From: Nannocystis bainbridge
Lineage (GTDB): Bacteria; Myxococcota_A; Polyangia; Nannocystales; Nannocystaceae
Assembly (NCBI RefSeq): GCF_028368995.1
Contig: NZ_JAQNDL010000001.1
Coordinates: 768,001-832,000, forward strand
Reading direction: 5' to 3'
DNA: 64,000 nucleotides
Under the pieces are notes generated by a model. That model was not told the origin of the DNA. It was given only the letters and a program-made list of their open reading frames with translations, and searched no databases. Numbering within the stretch: the stretch's first letter is position 1; every line of letters begins with the position of its first letter. The translations under genes were made by a program, and so were the position numbers. This document shows, piece after piece, positions 1 through 10,174 of the stretch.

Positions 1-1210
1 CGGAGTCGGCCCGCAGCGTCGACGCCACCCCGGCGCCGATCACCGCCAGCGCGAGCATCAGCCACAGGTTCGGGCGCAGGCGCAGCGGCATCGGCCGCTC
101 GGCCCGCGGCGGGAGCAACCTGTCCGGAAGGACAGACAGGATCGCCGGCAGCACCAGCAGCGCCAGCGCCAGCAGCACCAGCACGCCGACGCCCGCGGTC
201 ACGCCGAACCGCTGCATCGGCAGCTGCGGCATCATCGTCAGGGAGAAGAACGACACCGCGGTGGTCAGGCCGCTGAGCAGCACCGGCAGCCACAGCTCGC
301 GCAGGGTCGCGCTGGCGCGCTCGCGGCTGGTGCCGTGCTGACGCTGGTAGCCGGCCAGCATGTGCACGCCGAAGGCGCCGCCGAGCGCGACCATCAGCAC
401 CGGCATCGAGCTGCTGACGATCGTCAGCGCCTCGCCGAGCACCCCGTGAGCGCCGAGCACCAGGCCGACGCCCAGGCCGGTGAGGATCAGGTTGATGCCT
501 GCCGCGACCACGCTGCCGAGCAGCACCGCCGAGACCAGCACGAGCACGCCGATCACGATCGGCGACAGCTTGTCGAGGTCGGCCCGGCTGGCGGTGGCCG
601 CCACGTCCTCGATGAAGGGCGCGCCGCCGAGGTGGGTCTCGCCCTGCCAGCCGGTCGCTAGCGCGCCGCGGATCTCCCGGATCGTCGCCGAACGGGCGTC
701 GGCGGCCGCGGCCCGGTCGTCGTGGTGCATCAGGAACACCATCAACGCCGCGGCCCGACCGTCGCGCGAGATCATGCTGCCGACGGCGTCGGTCGAGCCG
801 AGCACCTTCTCGCGGATGAGCGCCGGGTCGCGCAGCGCCTCGGGCACCAGCTCCGCGATCTCGAGCCCGTCGTCGGTGACGCGCGGGTCGGGCAGATCGG
901 CGAACGACAGCACCATGCGCACGCCGTCCTTGCGCTCGATCTCGCGGCCGAGCTCGCGGACCTCGTCGACGCGCTCGGGGGACAGCAGGTCGCCGTCGGG
1001 CTTCGTCAGGCCGACGAGGCCGACCTCGAGCACGCCGAAGCGCTTGGCGACCTCGCGGAACACGACCACGTCGGGGTGGTCGGGCGGCAGGAACGCGAGC
1101 ACGTCGTTGTCCTCGCGGATGGCCGCGAGGCCCGGCAGGATGATCGCCGCCACGGCGACGGCGAGCGCGAGGATGGCCCAGCGGGCGCGGACGAACGGGT
1201 GGTCGCGCAT
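1..1210 (-). CDS. MMPL/RND superfamily transporter (N-terminal part, runs off the window start)
   Basis: Not in the ORF track because it is truncated. Manual translation from ATG at 1210 gives MRDHPFVRARWAILALAVAVAAIILPGLAAIREDNDVLAFLPPDHPDVVVFREVAKRFG, followed by TM segments and the RND/MMPL-type motif SGLTTAVSFFSL. Confidence 0.85.
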   Translation of the reverse strand, partial: MRDHPFVRARWAILALAVAVAAIILPGLAAIREDNDVLAFLPPDHPDVVVFREVAKRFGVLEVGLVGLTKPDGDLLSPERVDEVRELGREIERKDGVRMVLSFADLPDPRVTDDGLEIAELVPEALRDPALIREKVLGSTDAVGSMISRDGRAAALMVFLMHHDDRAAAADARSATIREIRGALATGWQGETHLGGAPFIEDVAATASRADLDKLSPIVIGVLVLVSAVLLGSVVAAGINLILTGLGVGLVLGAHGVLGEALTIVSSSMPVLMVALGGAFGVHMLAGYQRQHGTSRERASATLRELWLPVLLSGLTTAVSFFSLTMMPQLPMQRFGVTAGVGVLVLLALALLVLPAILSVLPDRLLPPRAERPMPLRLRPNLWLMLALAVIGAGVASTLRADS

Positions 1211-1217
1211 CGTCGGC

Positions 1218-2126
1218 TCACTCCCAGACGGGGGTCAGCCAGCCGCGGCGCGCCTCGACGCGCCCGCGGACCACTTCGTTGAAGTGCGCGGTGAGGCGGG
1301 CGGTGATGGGGCCGATGTCGCCGTTGCCGATCGTGCGCTTGTCGACCGAGCGGACCGCCTGGATCTGGGCCCCGGTGCCGCACAGGAACAGCTCGTCGGA
1401 CACGTAGAGCTCGGTGCGGCCGATGACCCGCTCGACGACCGTGAGCCCGAGGTCCTCGGTCGCCAGGGTGATCAGCGAGCGGCGGGTGATGCCGTCGAGG
1501 TTGTCCTCGGTGCTCGGCGGCGTGTAGAGCACGCCGTCGCGGATGATGAACACGTGCTCGGCGCTGCCCTCCGAGACCTTGCCGTACTCGGTCAGGAAGA
1601 TCGCCTCGTCGTAGCCGTTGTCGTGGGCCTCGCGGCGCGCCAGGGCGCTGTTGAGGTAGAGGCCGGTCGCCTTGGTCCGCGCCGGGATGGCGTTGTCGGT
1701 GGCGCGCCGCCACGACGACACGCACACGTCGATCGCGTCCTTCTCCATGTAGCGCTGGAGCGGCAGGCAGTAGATCACCAGCATGCTGTCCTCCTCGCGC
1801 ATCACCGGCGCCAGCTTGGTCGAGGCGTTCAGCACCAGCGGCCGCACGTAGACGTCGTGGTGCACCTCGTTGCGTCGGAGCAGCTCGCCGATCAGGCCGC
1901 AGGTCGAGGCGTGGTCGCCCGGCAGGCGCATGTGCAGCACCCGCGCCGAGTGCGTCAGGCGGGTGATGTGGTCACCGACGCGGAACAGGTTGATCTGCTG
2001 CCCGTCGGCGGCGAGGTAGCCGCGGATCCCCCCGAAACAGCCGAGACCATAATTCAGCGCGCGCGTACGCACGCTGACGACCGCCTCGGCGTCGTCGACG
2101 AACTTGCCATCGAGGTAGGTGATCAT
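1218..2126 (-). CDS. ilvE: Branched-chain amino acid aminotransferase (PLP fold type IV)
   Basis: Motifs ALNYGLGCFGGIRGY, KATGLYLNS, EGSAEHVF, LDGITR, ELFLCGTGAQI. Confidence 0.93.
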   Translation of the reverse strand: MITYLDGKFVDDAEAVVSVRTRALNYGLGCFGGIRGYLAADGQQINLFRVGDHITRLTHSARVLHMRLPGDHASTCGLIGELLRRNEVHHDVYVRPLVLNASTKLAPVMREEDSMLVIYCLPLQRYMEKDAIDVCVSSWRRATDNAIPARTKATGLYLNSALARREAHDNGYDEAIFLTEYGKVSEGSAEHVFIIRDGVLYTPPSTEDNLDGITRRSLITLATEDLGLTVVERVIGRTELYVSDELFLCGTGAQIQAVRSVDKRTIGNGDIGPITARLTAHFNEVVRGRVEARRGWLTPVWE

Positions 2127-2332
2127 GCGGCGCGGAGGATGCCAGAGGAGGCTGGCGGCTCGCCACTGCGCAGCCGCCTGCTCGCCACCGGGGCTCCGCG
2201 GGTGCAGGCGCGAGCCAGCTCACGGATCCGCGATGCCCGCAGCGCAATGACATGTCTCTTGGGACATGCGAGCCGCGCGGGCCGCCGCGGCGCGACCGCA
2301 AGTCCGACCTCGAAGCCGGGATTCTCGCGCGC

Positions 2333-3400
2333 TCAGAACCGGCCTGCGAGCGCCCACCCGGCCAGCCCGGGCGCGGCCCACGGCGCGGTCGCGAACGCGC
2401 GCGCGCGCCGACGCCGGTCGGCCGCGTCGTGCGCGAGCGTGATCGCGGAGAACAGCACCAGGCCGGCGCCGATGCCGGTGAGCAGCGCGGCGGCGATCCG
2501 CGAGCCGTCGCGGTCGTCGAGGCGCGTCGGGCTCGGGCGCGGCGCGTCGAGCAGCCGCCCGCGCTCGCCCAGCGCGGTCCCCAGCCAGCCGCCGCAGCCG
2601 GCCAGCAGCGCCCCGCCGAGCCCGAGCTCCAGCACCGCGGCGCGTCGCCGGGCTCGCGCCGCGATCGGCAGCAGCGAGACGAGCGCGCCGATGCTCGCGC
2701 CCCCGAGCACCGCGCCGGCCGTGTTCAGCGCGCCGGCGTCCGCGAGGTCGCGACGCAGCCGGGCCGCCGGGTACGCCGCCTCGAGCGCCGCCGCGGCCGC
2801 CGGATCGATCTCCGCGCCGGTGTCCGGCTCGACCCCGGCTGCCTCGTACGCCGCCGCGTCGCGCCGTGACGCCCGCTTCTCGCGGCCGTTCGCGGCCACC
2901 AGCAGGCCGAGGCCGGCGACGTAGGTCGCCACGAACCCGCCGAACACCCCGAACATCAGCTTGCGATCGCGCTGCAGCCGCGGATCGTCGACCGGCCCGC
3001 GTCGGGTCAGCTCGACGTCGACCGGTGGCTGACCTGGCTGAACGGTCAGGTAGAGATCGGCCCCGTGGCGGCGCCCCCGGACTTGCAGCTGCCACACCCC
3101 GGACCGCAGCGTCACCGTCGTCGTCGGGCCCGTCAGCGGCCGCGCCTGCGCCGACGACGAGTCGTGATCGATCGGTCGCAGCCGCAGCTCCGCGCCGCGG
3201 GCCGCCCGCTCGGGCCAAAACCGCAGGTCGAGCACGACCTTCGGGCGGTACACCGGCAGCGGCGGCGCGGCGACCTCGGGCGGCGGGACCGGCTCGGTCG
3301 CGCCGGCGCGCAGCGGCACACCGGTGACGGTCAGGGCCAAAGCGATGCCGGCCGACCAGCCCCTGGCGACGACCCCGGCGCGCGCTCGCGTGGACACCAT
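2333..3400 (-). CDS. Hypothetical secreted/membrane protein (myxobacterial PEGA-like, C-terminal GRF)
   Basis: Signal-like N-terminus, several hydrophobic helices, ends GWALAGRF. Start chosen at MVSTRAR and uncertain. Confidence 0.6.
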   Translation of the reverse strand: MVSTRARAGVVARGWSAGIALALTVTGVPLRAGATEPVPPPEVAAPPLPVYRPKVVLDLRFWPERAARGAELRLRPIDHDSSSAQARPLTGPTTTVTLRSGVWQLQVRGRRHGADLYLTVQPGQPPVDVELTRRGPVDDPRLQRDRKLMFGVFGGFVATYVAGLGLLVAANGREKRASRRDAAAYEAAGVEPDTGAEIDPAAAAALEAAYPAARLRRDLADAGALNTAGAVLGGASIGALVSLLPIAARARRRAAVLELGLGGALLAGCGGWLGTALGERGRLLDAPRPSPTRLDDRDGSRIAAALLTGIGAGLVLFSAITLAHDAADRRRRARAFATAPWAAPGLAGWALAGRF

Positions 3401-3525
3401 CGCCGCGATGGTGCCAGGTTTCCCGCGCGGCGGCAGCCACCGTCGCGCGCGTCCCCGCTCGGGCTCACGACCCCGGGCCGCGCCCGATCGGGGCGCGGTC
3501 CCGGGACCTGGCCCCGCTCGCACCG

Positions 3526-3602
3526 TCGCATGTCCCGAAGGCCATGCCCTAAGAGACATGCCCGTTAGAACATGCCCTCTTGAACATGCCCCGATGGCCA
3601 GC
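3526..3602. repeat. 14-bp-period TGTCC-N4-GGACA array
   Basis: CATG cores at 3529, 3543, 3557, 3571, 3585 and a degenerate core at 3599; immediately downstream of the TolC stop codon. Confidence 0.9.
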
Positions 3603-3603
3603 C

Positions 3604-4971
3604 TCAGATCGCCGGGAACCCGAGCGCCTGCTCGACCCCCGCGAGGGCCACGTGGTAGGCCGCGAGCGCGCGGAAGTAGGCCAGGTAGACCAGCACGCGC
3701 CCCTCCTGGGCGCGCACCGCCACCAGGAACGGCGACTGGTTGGCCAGGAACGCCTGGCGCGCGTCCTCGTACACCGCGTCGGCGGCCGGCAGCAGCTCGC
3801 CCTCGTAGAGCCGCAGCTGCGACTGCTGGAACGACGCCAGCGCGACCGCGTCGGCCAGCTGGCGGGCGATCTCGTGGGCCAGCGCCGCCCCCTCGCTATC
3901 GATCTGCTCGCGCGTCGCCCGGACCTCCGCCATCGGCCCTTGCTGGCGGTTGAACAGCGGCACCTCGAGCGACAGCATGAAGAACGCGCCCCACATCGGC
4001 TTGCCCTGCGGGACCATGTCCGGGCCGGCCGACACCACCATGTCCGGGGCCCGGTTGGCGCGGGCCAGCCGCTCCTCCTTGTTCACCACCTCGCGCGTGC
4101 TCTTGAGCCGGGCCAGCTCCGGCCGCCGGCGCAGCGCCTCGACGATCAGGTGGTCGTACGCGGCCAGGAATTCGTTGCGCCAGTCGTCGTTGTCGAGCTC
4201 GAGCCAGCTCGGCGGGCGGTCGCGCGCCGGTGATATCAGCACCAGCTCGACGCTCGGCGCATTGCCGAGCAGGCTGTTGAGGCGGATGTCGGCCTGGAGG
4301 TGCTCGAACTTGGCCTGCTCGAGCGCCAGGCGGGCGTGCAGGCGGGTCGTGCTCGCCTCGAGCACGTCCGCGCGGGGGATGTCGCCGGGCAGCGCCTCGG
4401 CCTGGCCGAGCAGCTCGTCGACGCTGCGGATCAGGGCGATGAACTGGGCCTCGCGCTCCTGGGCGAAGAACGCCTCCATGAACGTGCGCCGGGCCTCGGC
4501 CCGCAGCTCCGCCGCGAGGATCCGCAGGTCCGCGTCGTGCACGCCTACCTGCGCCCCGGCGACCTCGACCCGCCGGCGCCGCTTGCCGAGCTCGAACGTC
4601 TGCGTGAAGCCGAGTCGATAGGTGTACTCGGCGGTGCCGTTGTCCGAGAGCAGGTACGGGTTCGGCATCGAAGTGCGCGCCGTCAGCACGCGCGCGTCGA
4701 GGACCCCGCGCTTGGCCTTGAGCGCCGCCATGCGCGGGTGCTTGCTCTCGACCGCGCGAACCACTCGATCGACCGTCCACCGCTGCGTCGGCCCGGGCCG
4801 CAGCGGCGCCGGGGCCAGCTCGCGCGGCTCCGGCTTGTCGAGCGTCGGCGCGGGGTGCGGCGGCGGCGTTCCGTCGCTCACCGGCGGCCCGGCCGCGGCG
4901 TGATTCGTACCTGTCCCAAAGTACAGCATGGCGAAGCACGCCGTGGCGCGGAGCGAGGCGAAGAGCGACAT
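3604..4971 (-). CDS. TolC/CzcC family outer membrane efflux protein
   Basis: Two OEP-like repeats (PNPYL...TQTFELGKRRRR; RRPEL...LSLEVPLFNRQQG) and a signal peptide. Start uncertain. Confidence 0.85.
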   Translation of the reverse strand: MSLFASLRATACFAMLYFGTGTNHAAAGPPVSDGTPPPHPAPTLDKPEPRELAPAPLRPGPTQRWTVDRVVRAVESKHPRMAALKAKRGVLDARVLTARTSMPNPYLLSDNGTAEYTYRLGFTQTFELGKRRRRVEVAGAQVGVHDADLRILAAELRAEARRTFMEAFFAQEREAQFIALIRSVDELLGQAEALPGDIPRADVLEASTTRLHARLALEQAKFEHLQADIRLNSLLGNAPSVELVLISPARDRPPSWLELDNDDWRNEFLAAYDHLIVEALRRRPELARLKSTREVVNKEERLARANRAPDMVVSAGPDMVPQGKPMWGAFFMLSLEVPLFNRQQGPMAEVRATREQIDSEGAALAHEIARQLADAVALASFQQSQLRLYEGELLPAADAVYEDARQAFLANQSPFLVAVRAQEGRVLVYLAYFRALAAYHVALAGVEQALGFPAI

Positions 4972-5366
4972 GGACTTCCTCGTTGTACACTGGGATCTCC
5001 CCCACGGCCGGCCCATGCATGGTTCTTCATGGGCAAAATCGCGCATTGCCGCTCTCGCGGGGTGCGGTCGCGGGCTGCCATCATTCACGGGGACCCGAGC
5101 AATCATGGCAGTCGATCCCTCGGCAGTCTCCACATTCGTCCTCCGGCCCCCATCGAATCGCAGGACTCGGGCGGCAGCGGCGCGCGGCGGGCCGGGCCGG
5201 CGAATGGCGACCGCCCCGGCGGGGCTGTGCGCTGGATCGCCGATCTGGGCGACCGGCGCCTGGACCCTCGCCGCCGGTCCGCCCTCGCGCGACCCCTGGT
5301 GCGCGGCCAGGTCCACGCGCCGGGCCTCGGCGGTGGACGCCGGGCCCGGCGCTATCGACAGAGGGT

Positions 5367-6878
5367 ATGCACACCAACGCCTCGTCGCACTCCATCACCC
5401 GCCGCGAAGAGGTTTGGGTCGCGGCCGGCCTCAGCGGCTCGGGGGCCGCGGCCTCGGGCCTGGGCGTGCGGCCCCGCCTGCCGCTGCGCGAGCGCCTGTT
5501 CGCGCCGGTCGACATCGCCTCGCTGGTGGTATTCCGGGTCGTCTTCGGCCTGCTGATGATCGTCGACGTGTGGCGCTATTACGGCAAGATCGACGCGACC
5601 TACATCCAGCCCGGGTTTCACTTCACCTATTATGGATTCGACTGGGTGCGGCCGTGGCCGGGCGACGGCATGTACGTGCATTTCCTCGTGCTCGCCCTCG
5701 CGGCCGCCGGCGTCATGGTCGGCTGCTGTTACCGCGCCGCCGCCACCGTGTTCTTCCTCGGCTTCAGCTATTGGTTCTTGCTCGAGCAGGCGCGCTACCT
5801 CAACCACTTCTATTTGATCGCCCTGCTCGCCTTCGTCATGATCGTCCTCCCGGCCCACCGCGCCTTCGCGGTCGACGCCTGGTTGCGCCCGCGGCTGCGC
5901 GCGGCGACGGTCCCGGCCTGGGCCCTGTGGCTGGTCCGGTTCCAGATCGCTGTTCCCTACCTGTTCGGCGGGATCGCCAAGCTCAACGGCGATTGGTTGC
6001 AGGGCGAGCCGATGCGCATGTGGCTGGCGGCCCGCGCCAGTCGTCCGATCGTCGGCCCGCTCTTCACTCAGGAGTGGGTCGTCTATTTCTTCAGCTGGGG
6101 CGGCCTCCTTTTCGACCTGGCCATCGTGCCGCTGCTGCTGTGGCGCCGGTCACGGCCGTTCGCGTTCGTGGCGGCGCTGCTGTTCAACCTCGTCAACGGC
6201 TACGTGTTCACGATCGGCATCTTCCCGTGGGTCATGGCCGCCGCGACGTTGATGTTCTGCGAGCCCGACTGGCCGCGGCGCTGCGGCCGGGTCCTGGCGC
6301 GCCTGTTCGGCCTCCGGCCGGCGGGCCTCAGCGCGCCGCGGCTGTTCGTCCGCCCGCGCGAGCGCGTCTCGCTGTCGCTGCGAACCGGACTGCGGCCCGG
6401 TCAGCGCTGGACCCTGGCCCTCCTCGGCACCTATTGCGGCTTTCAACTGCTGTTCCCGCTGCGTCACTGGCTGTACCCCGGTGACGTCGCCTGGACCGAG
6501 GAGGGCCACAAGTTCTCGTGGCGGATGAAGCTGCGCGACAAGGAGTCGCGGGTCCGCTTCCTCGCCACCGATCCGCACGAGGAGCGGACCTGGGAGGTCG
6601 ACGCGCGGCAGTACCTCACCCCGTGGCAGCGCACCGAGATGTCCGGCCGGCCGGAGATGATCCTGCAGTTCGCCCATCACCTCGCCGCCGACCTGCGCGC
6701 GCAGGGCCACGAGGACCTCCAGATCCGCGCCGTCGCCAACGTCTCGCTCAACGGTCGCGCGCCGCAGTTGATGATCGATCCGGAGGTCGACCTCGTGAAG
6801 CAGCCGCGCTCGATCCTGCCGGCGCCGTGGATCTTGCCGATGGCCGAGCCGGCGCTGGCGCCCGAGCGGCGGCTCTGA
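5367..6878 (+). CDS. HTTM domain protein, vitamin K-dependent gamma-carboxylase-like
   Basis: Motifs SLVVFRVVFGLLM, YLNHFYL, AKLNGDWLQGEP, WTEEGHKFSWRMKLRDK, VSLNGR. Confidence 0.9.
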   Translation: MHTNASSHSITRREEVWVAAGLSGSGAAASGLGVRPRLPLRERLFAPVDIASLVVFRVVFGLLMIVDVWRYYGKIDATYIQPGFHFTYYGFDWVRPWPGDGMYVHFLVLALAAAGVMVGCCYRAAATVFFLGFSYWFLLEQARYLNHFYLIALLAFVMIVLPAHRAFAVDAWLRPRLRAATVPAWALWLVRFQIAVPYLFGGIAKLNGDWLQGEPMRMWLAARASRPIVGPLFTQEWVVYFFSWGGLLFDLAIVPLLLWRRSRPFAFVAALLFNLVNGYVFTIGIFPWVMAAATLMFCEPDWPRRCGRVLARLFGLRPAGLSAPRLFVRPRERVSLSLRTGLRPGQRWTLALLGTYCGFQLLFPLRHWLYPGDVAWTEEGHKFSWRMKLRDKESRVRFLATDPHEERTWEVDARQYLTPWQRTEMSGRPEMILQFAHHLAADLRAQGHEDLQIRAVANVSLNGRAPQLMIDPEVDLVKQPRSILPAPWILPMAEPALAPERRL

Positions 6879-6908
6879 CCGGGGCCCGGCCCGCACCGGC
6901 ACCGGGCC

Positions 6909-7463
6909 TCAGAGCACCTCGAACTGTTCCATGAACGAGGCGACCTGGATCGTCCAGGTCCCGCTCGCCAGGTTCGAGATCTCGGCGGAGATGTTGTACT
7001 TGCAGACGCAACTGTCCATCGGATTGCCGCCGATGTCGTAGATCACGAGCAGCGAATTGTTGGACAGCAGCTTGACGTTGGGCGAAAAGCTCAGGTTGCA
7101 CGCCGCGTCGTGGCCGTACTCGGTGAAGCGGATGTGGCCCGCGCCGAGCACCTCGACCACCAGCGAGGCGGGGTCCTCCATGTCGGGGCAGGACGACATC
7201 GGCGGCCCGACGTCGATACCGCACTCCATCGCCGAGGTCTCGCAAGCGGGCGCCGGCTCGGTGCTCGTGCCGGTGTCCGTGGTGTCCTCGGCGGTCGTCG
7301 ACGACGTCGAGGTCGGCTCCGCGGTCGTGCTCGCCGTCGTCGTCGTGGTCGACGTGTCGGTCGTCTCGGCGGTGCCGGCGGTCGGGGCGGTCTCGGTGGA
7401 ATCGGAGTCCTGGCCGCACGCGGCGGACAGGGCGAGGACCAGGGCGATGCAGGTTCGGCGCAT
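6909..7463 (-). CDS. Lipoprotein with Thr-rich linker and Cys-containing C-terminal domain
   Basis: Lipobox LSAAC, Thr/Ser/Glu-rich linker, CVC motif near the C-terminus. Confidence 0.75.
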   Translation of the reverse strand: MRRTCIALVLALSAACGQDSDSTETAPTAGTAETTDTSTTTTTASTTAEPTSTSSTTAEDTTDTGTSTEPAPACETSAMECGIDVGPPMSSCPDMEDPASLVVEVLGAGHIRFTEYGHDAACNLSFSPNVKLLSNNSLLVIYDIGGNPMDSCVCKYNISAEISNLASGTWTIQVASFMEQFEVL

Positions 7464-7469
7464 AAACAC

Positions 7470-8261
7470 TCAGGAGCGGGCAGAGATCTTGTATTCGGTG
7501 GAGTTGCGTTCGCCGCGGCGCGCGACCTGGCCGGAAGCGACCAGGCGATGGAGGGCGATGCGGACCTGGTTGTCGGAGCCGCCGACGTGGGCGCGCAGCT
7601 GCGACGCGCCGATCCAGCCGGTCGTCTGCTGCAGCAGATTCATCACCGCCGCGTCGTAATGCGCGCGGCCCTCGAGCGTGCGCGCCGAGACGACCGGCGG
7701 TCGCCCGCGCTTGCTCGGCGGCGGCAGGCTGACGGCGTCGTCCTCCTCCTCTTCCGTGACGTCGTATTGCGCCCCGGGGATCCACGAGTAACGCGCGGGC
7801 TTGCCGTCGCTGCGGACCTTGCCGGCCTTGATCAGCTCGGTGACGGCGCGGTACATCGTGCTCGGGCTGCCGCCGAGCTTGGCCCGCAGTTCACCTGATG
7901 TCAGCCCGGTCCCTGCGGCCTGCAGCATCTCGACGATCGAGGCCACGTAGTCGCTGCTGGTGGCGCTCGGCGACCGCCCGGACCGCACTGGCGCAGACGC
8001 TTCCCGGGTCGCCCGTCCTCCACCGCGCTTGACCGGCCTCCCGCCTGGCTTGCTCGCGTCGCTCGGCGGCGCGGCGCTCTGGCTGAGCTCGGCGAGCTTG
8101 AGGTTGTCGAGGCCGCGTCCGAGAGGGCTCGTCAAGATCTCGCGCAGGTCGCCGAGGGTGAGCTCCGAAAACCTTTGCCGCAGCACTTGTGCCAAAAGGA
8201 TGGCCTGGTGCTCCGCGACGCTGCGCTGCAGATCGGACCGGAGGCGGTGAAGGATGCTCAT
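7470..8261 (-). CDS. Putative DNA-binding protein with two winged helix-turn-helix domains
   Basis: Repeated wHTH pattern (LTSGELRAKLGGSPSTMYRAVTELIKAGKV; IGASQLRAHVGGSDNQVRIALHRLVASGQV), basic linkers and a KRGRP motif. Confidence 0.75.
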   Translation of the reverse strand: MSILHRLRSDLQRSVAEHQAILLAQVLRQRFSELTLGDLREILTSPLGRGLDNLKLAELSQSAAPPSDASKPGGRPVKRGGGRATREASAPVRSGRSPSATSSDYVASIVEMLQAAGTGLTSGELRAKLGGSPSTMYRAVTELIKAGKVRSDGKPARYSWIPGAQYDVTEEEEDDAVSLPPPSKRGRPPVVSARTLEGRAHYDAAVMNLLQQTTGWIGASQLRAHVGGSDNQVRIALHRLVASGQVARRGERNSTEYKISARS

Positions 8262-9112
8262 GCGCAAGATATGCCGCAAACCATGGGCGGCGTCACGACA
8301 TAATTCGTCCGCGGCGCGTCCGAGCCCATTCGCGTCTCCGCGCCACGCGTCTCCACCACCATCTGCGTGCGAACAGCCCCAGCACGCTCTTTACGCCGCG
8401 TTTATAGAGCCGGAGCCCATTGGCGTCCGCACTCGCGGAAGCACAGAACACGCGCCCCTGACGATTCACCGCGCCCCGGCCTCTGCACTGAACCCGGTTC
8501 AATATCGGTACGATTACGGTAACTTGCGGGGCCCGCTTCGATGGCCGGGCGGGCCAATGCGCCGAGGCGTCTGCGCACCGCCTGCGCGCCCCGCGAACAG
8601 CGTTCTGCTTCAGCTTTCACGCCCGACAGCAGGAGCGCTGCGAATAAACAGCGATCGTCGAGCCACGTGCGCGTCGTCGCATCGCTAGCCACGTCCGCGG
8701 GCCGGAGGCGAGATCGCGGGAATGTGAGCACCGATTTGCCGATGTGAATGGGCGGTGTCACGGTCGGGCCCTCGACGGCGGTCACGGGTATCACCGGACG
8801 GCCCGCGGCGTGCGCATCCTACAATCCCCGAGGCCGTGCTCATTGAACGCTGCGGACCGTTGCGATGTGCCAGCGCCCAGTGCGAGACATCACCCGCGCG
8901 GGCGAGTATGACGAATCGGCGGTTTGTTCGGATCGGGTCGCCAGCCTGCATTCGCGTTCGGCCGCCCGACCGACCCCGACGCGCCGCGCTCTGTCCACGA
9001 GGACATGTCCTCCCCGTCAGCCGCCCGTTCTCGCGCGGCTCGCCGGCGATCTCGCGGCGGTCGCCGGGCCCTTCCCTGCCCGGCCGGCCCCGCGTTACCG
9101 TGGCCGCCCCGC

Positions 9113-10165
9113 ATGCCCGTCCGCCGCGTCCGCACGCCGCTGCTCGCCCGCCTGCGCTTCCTGGCGTACGCCCTGCGCCTGCTGGCGCCGCGCCTGGCGA
9201 TCCTGGCCGGGCTGACGATCGCCGGCGGCCTGACCCTGCTGGCGCGCGGGAGCGCGCAGGAGGTCGGGGGCCTCGATTTCGTCGCCGCCTGCTACCAGGT
9301 CTACACCCAGCTGTTCTTCGAGCACGTCAGCGCCCTGCCCGAGGACTGGGCCCTGCGCCTGATGTACTTCACGGTCCCGATCGCCGGCGCCTTCATCGTC
9401 GCCGAGGGCCTGCTCAAGGTCGGCCTGTCGCTGTTCGACTTCAACAACCACCAGACCGCGTGGATCCGCATCATGGCCCAGACCTACCGCGATCACATCA
9501 TCCTGATCGGCCTCGGCCACGTCGGCTACCGCGTGCTCGAGGAGCTGCTGGCCCGCGGGCGCGAGGTCATCGTCGTCGAGGCGCGCGCCGAGGGCCACTT
9601 CGTCGAGGAGGCGCGGGCCCGCAACGTGCCGCTGGTGATCGGCGACGCCCGCCGCGAGAGCCTGCTGCGCGAGCTCGGCCTCGACCACGCGGCCTGCCTG
9701 GTCGCCTGCACCAACGACGACCTCGTCAACCTCGAGGTCGGCCTCGACGCCCGCCAGATCAACCCGAACATCCGCCTGGTGATGCGCTTCTTCGACCAGA
9801 ACATGGCGCGCAAGCTCGGCAAGGCGTTCTCGGTCGACTCGATCTTCTCGACCTCGGCCCTCTCGGCCCCGCTGTTCGCCGCCGCCGCCCTCGACGAGAA
9901 GATCCACGGCGCCTACCGCCTCGGCGACACGCTGATGGCGACGCTCGAGATCGAGGTCCTCGCCGGCGGCCCGCTCGCCGGCAAGAACGCGACCGAGATC
10001 CGCAGCCTGCTCGACGCGCCGGTGGTCGGCCTGCGCCGCGGCAAGGACGCGCCGACCCACCGCTTCGACCGCACCGAGCCGCGCCGCCCGGGCGAGAGCG
10101 TGATCCTCCACGTGGCGGTCGACGAGATCGCCGGCGTCAAGCAGCGCGCGCGCGCCGGCGCCTGA
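9113..10165 (+). CDS. TrkA-N/RCK domain potassium channel-related protein
   Basis: N-terminal TM helices, Rossmann motif HIILIGLGHVG, GDAR, TNDDLVNL, C-terminal RCK-C-like region. Confidence 0.85.
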   Translation: MPVRRVRTPLLARLRFLAYALRLLAPRLAILAGLTIAGGLTLLARGSAQEVGGLDFVAACYQVYTQLFFEHVSALPEDWALRLMYFTVPIAGAFIVAEGLLKVGLSLFDFNNHQTAWIRIMAQTYRDHIILIGLGHVGYRVLEELLARGREVIVVEARAEGHFVEEARARNVPLVIGDARRESLLRELGLDHAACLVACTNDDLVNLEVGLDARQINPNIRLVMRFFDQNMARKLGKAFSVDSIFSTSALSAPLFAAAALDEKIHGAYRLGDTLMATLEIEVLAGGPLAGKNATEIRSLLDAPVVGLRRGKDAPTHRFDRTEPRRPGESVILHVAVDEIAGVKQRARAGA

Positions 10166-10174
10166 GCCGCCCCG

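Noticed and set aside
7780-7960. Z-alpha (Z-DNA binding) domain in the wHTH protein
   Set aside because: The overall pattern is similar, but the Asn and Tyr recognition residues of helix 3 are not conserved.
8280-9110. Short ORFs or an ncRNA in the long divergent intergenic region
   Set aside because: No convincing RBS, codon bias or recognisable RNA family; treated as regulatory DNA.
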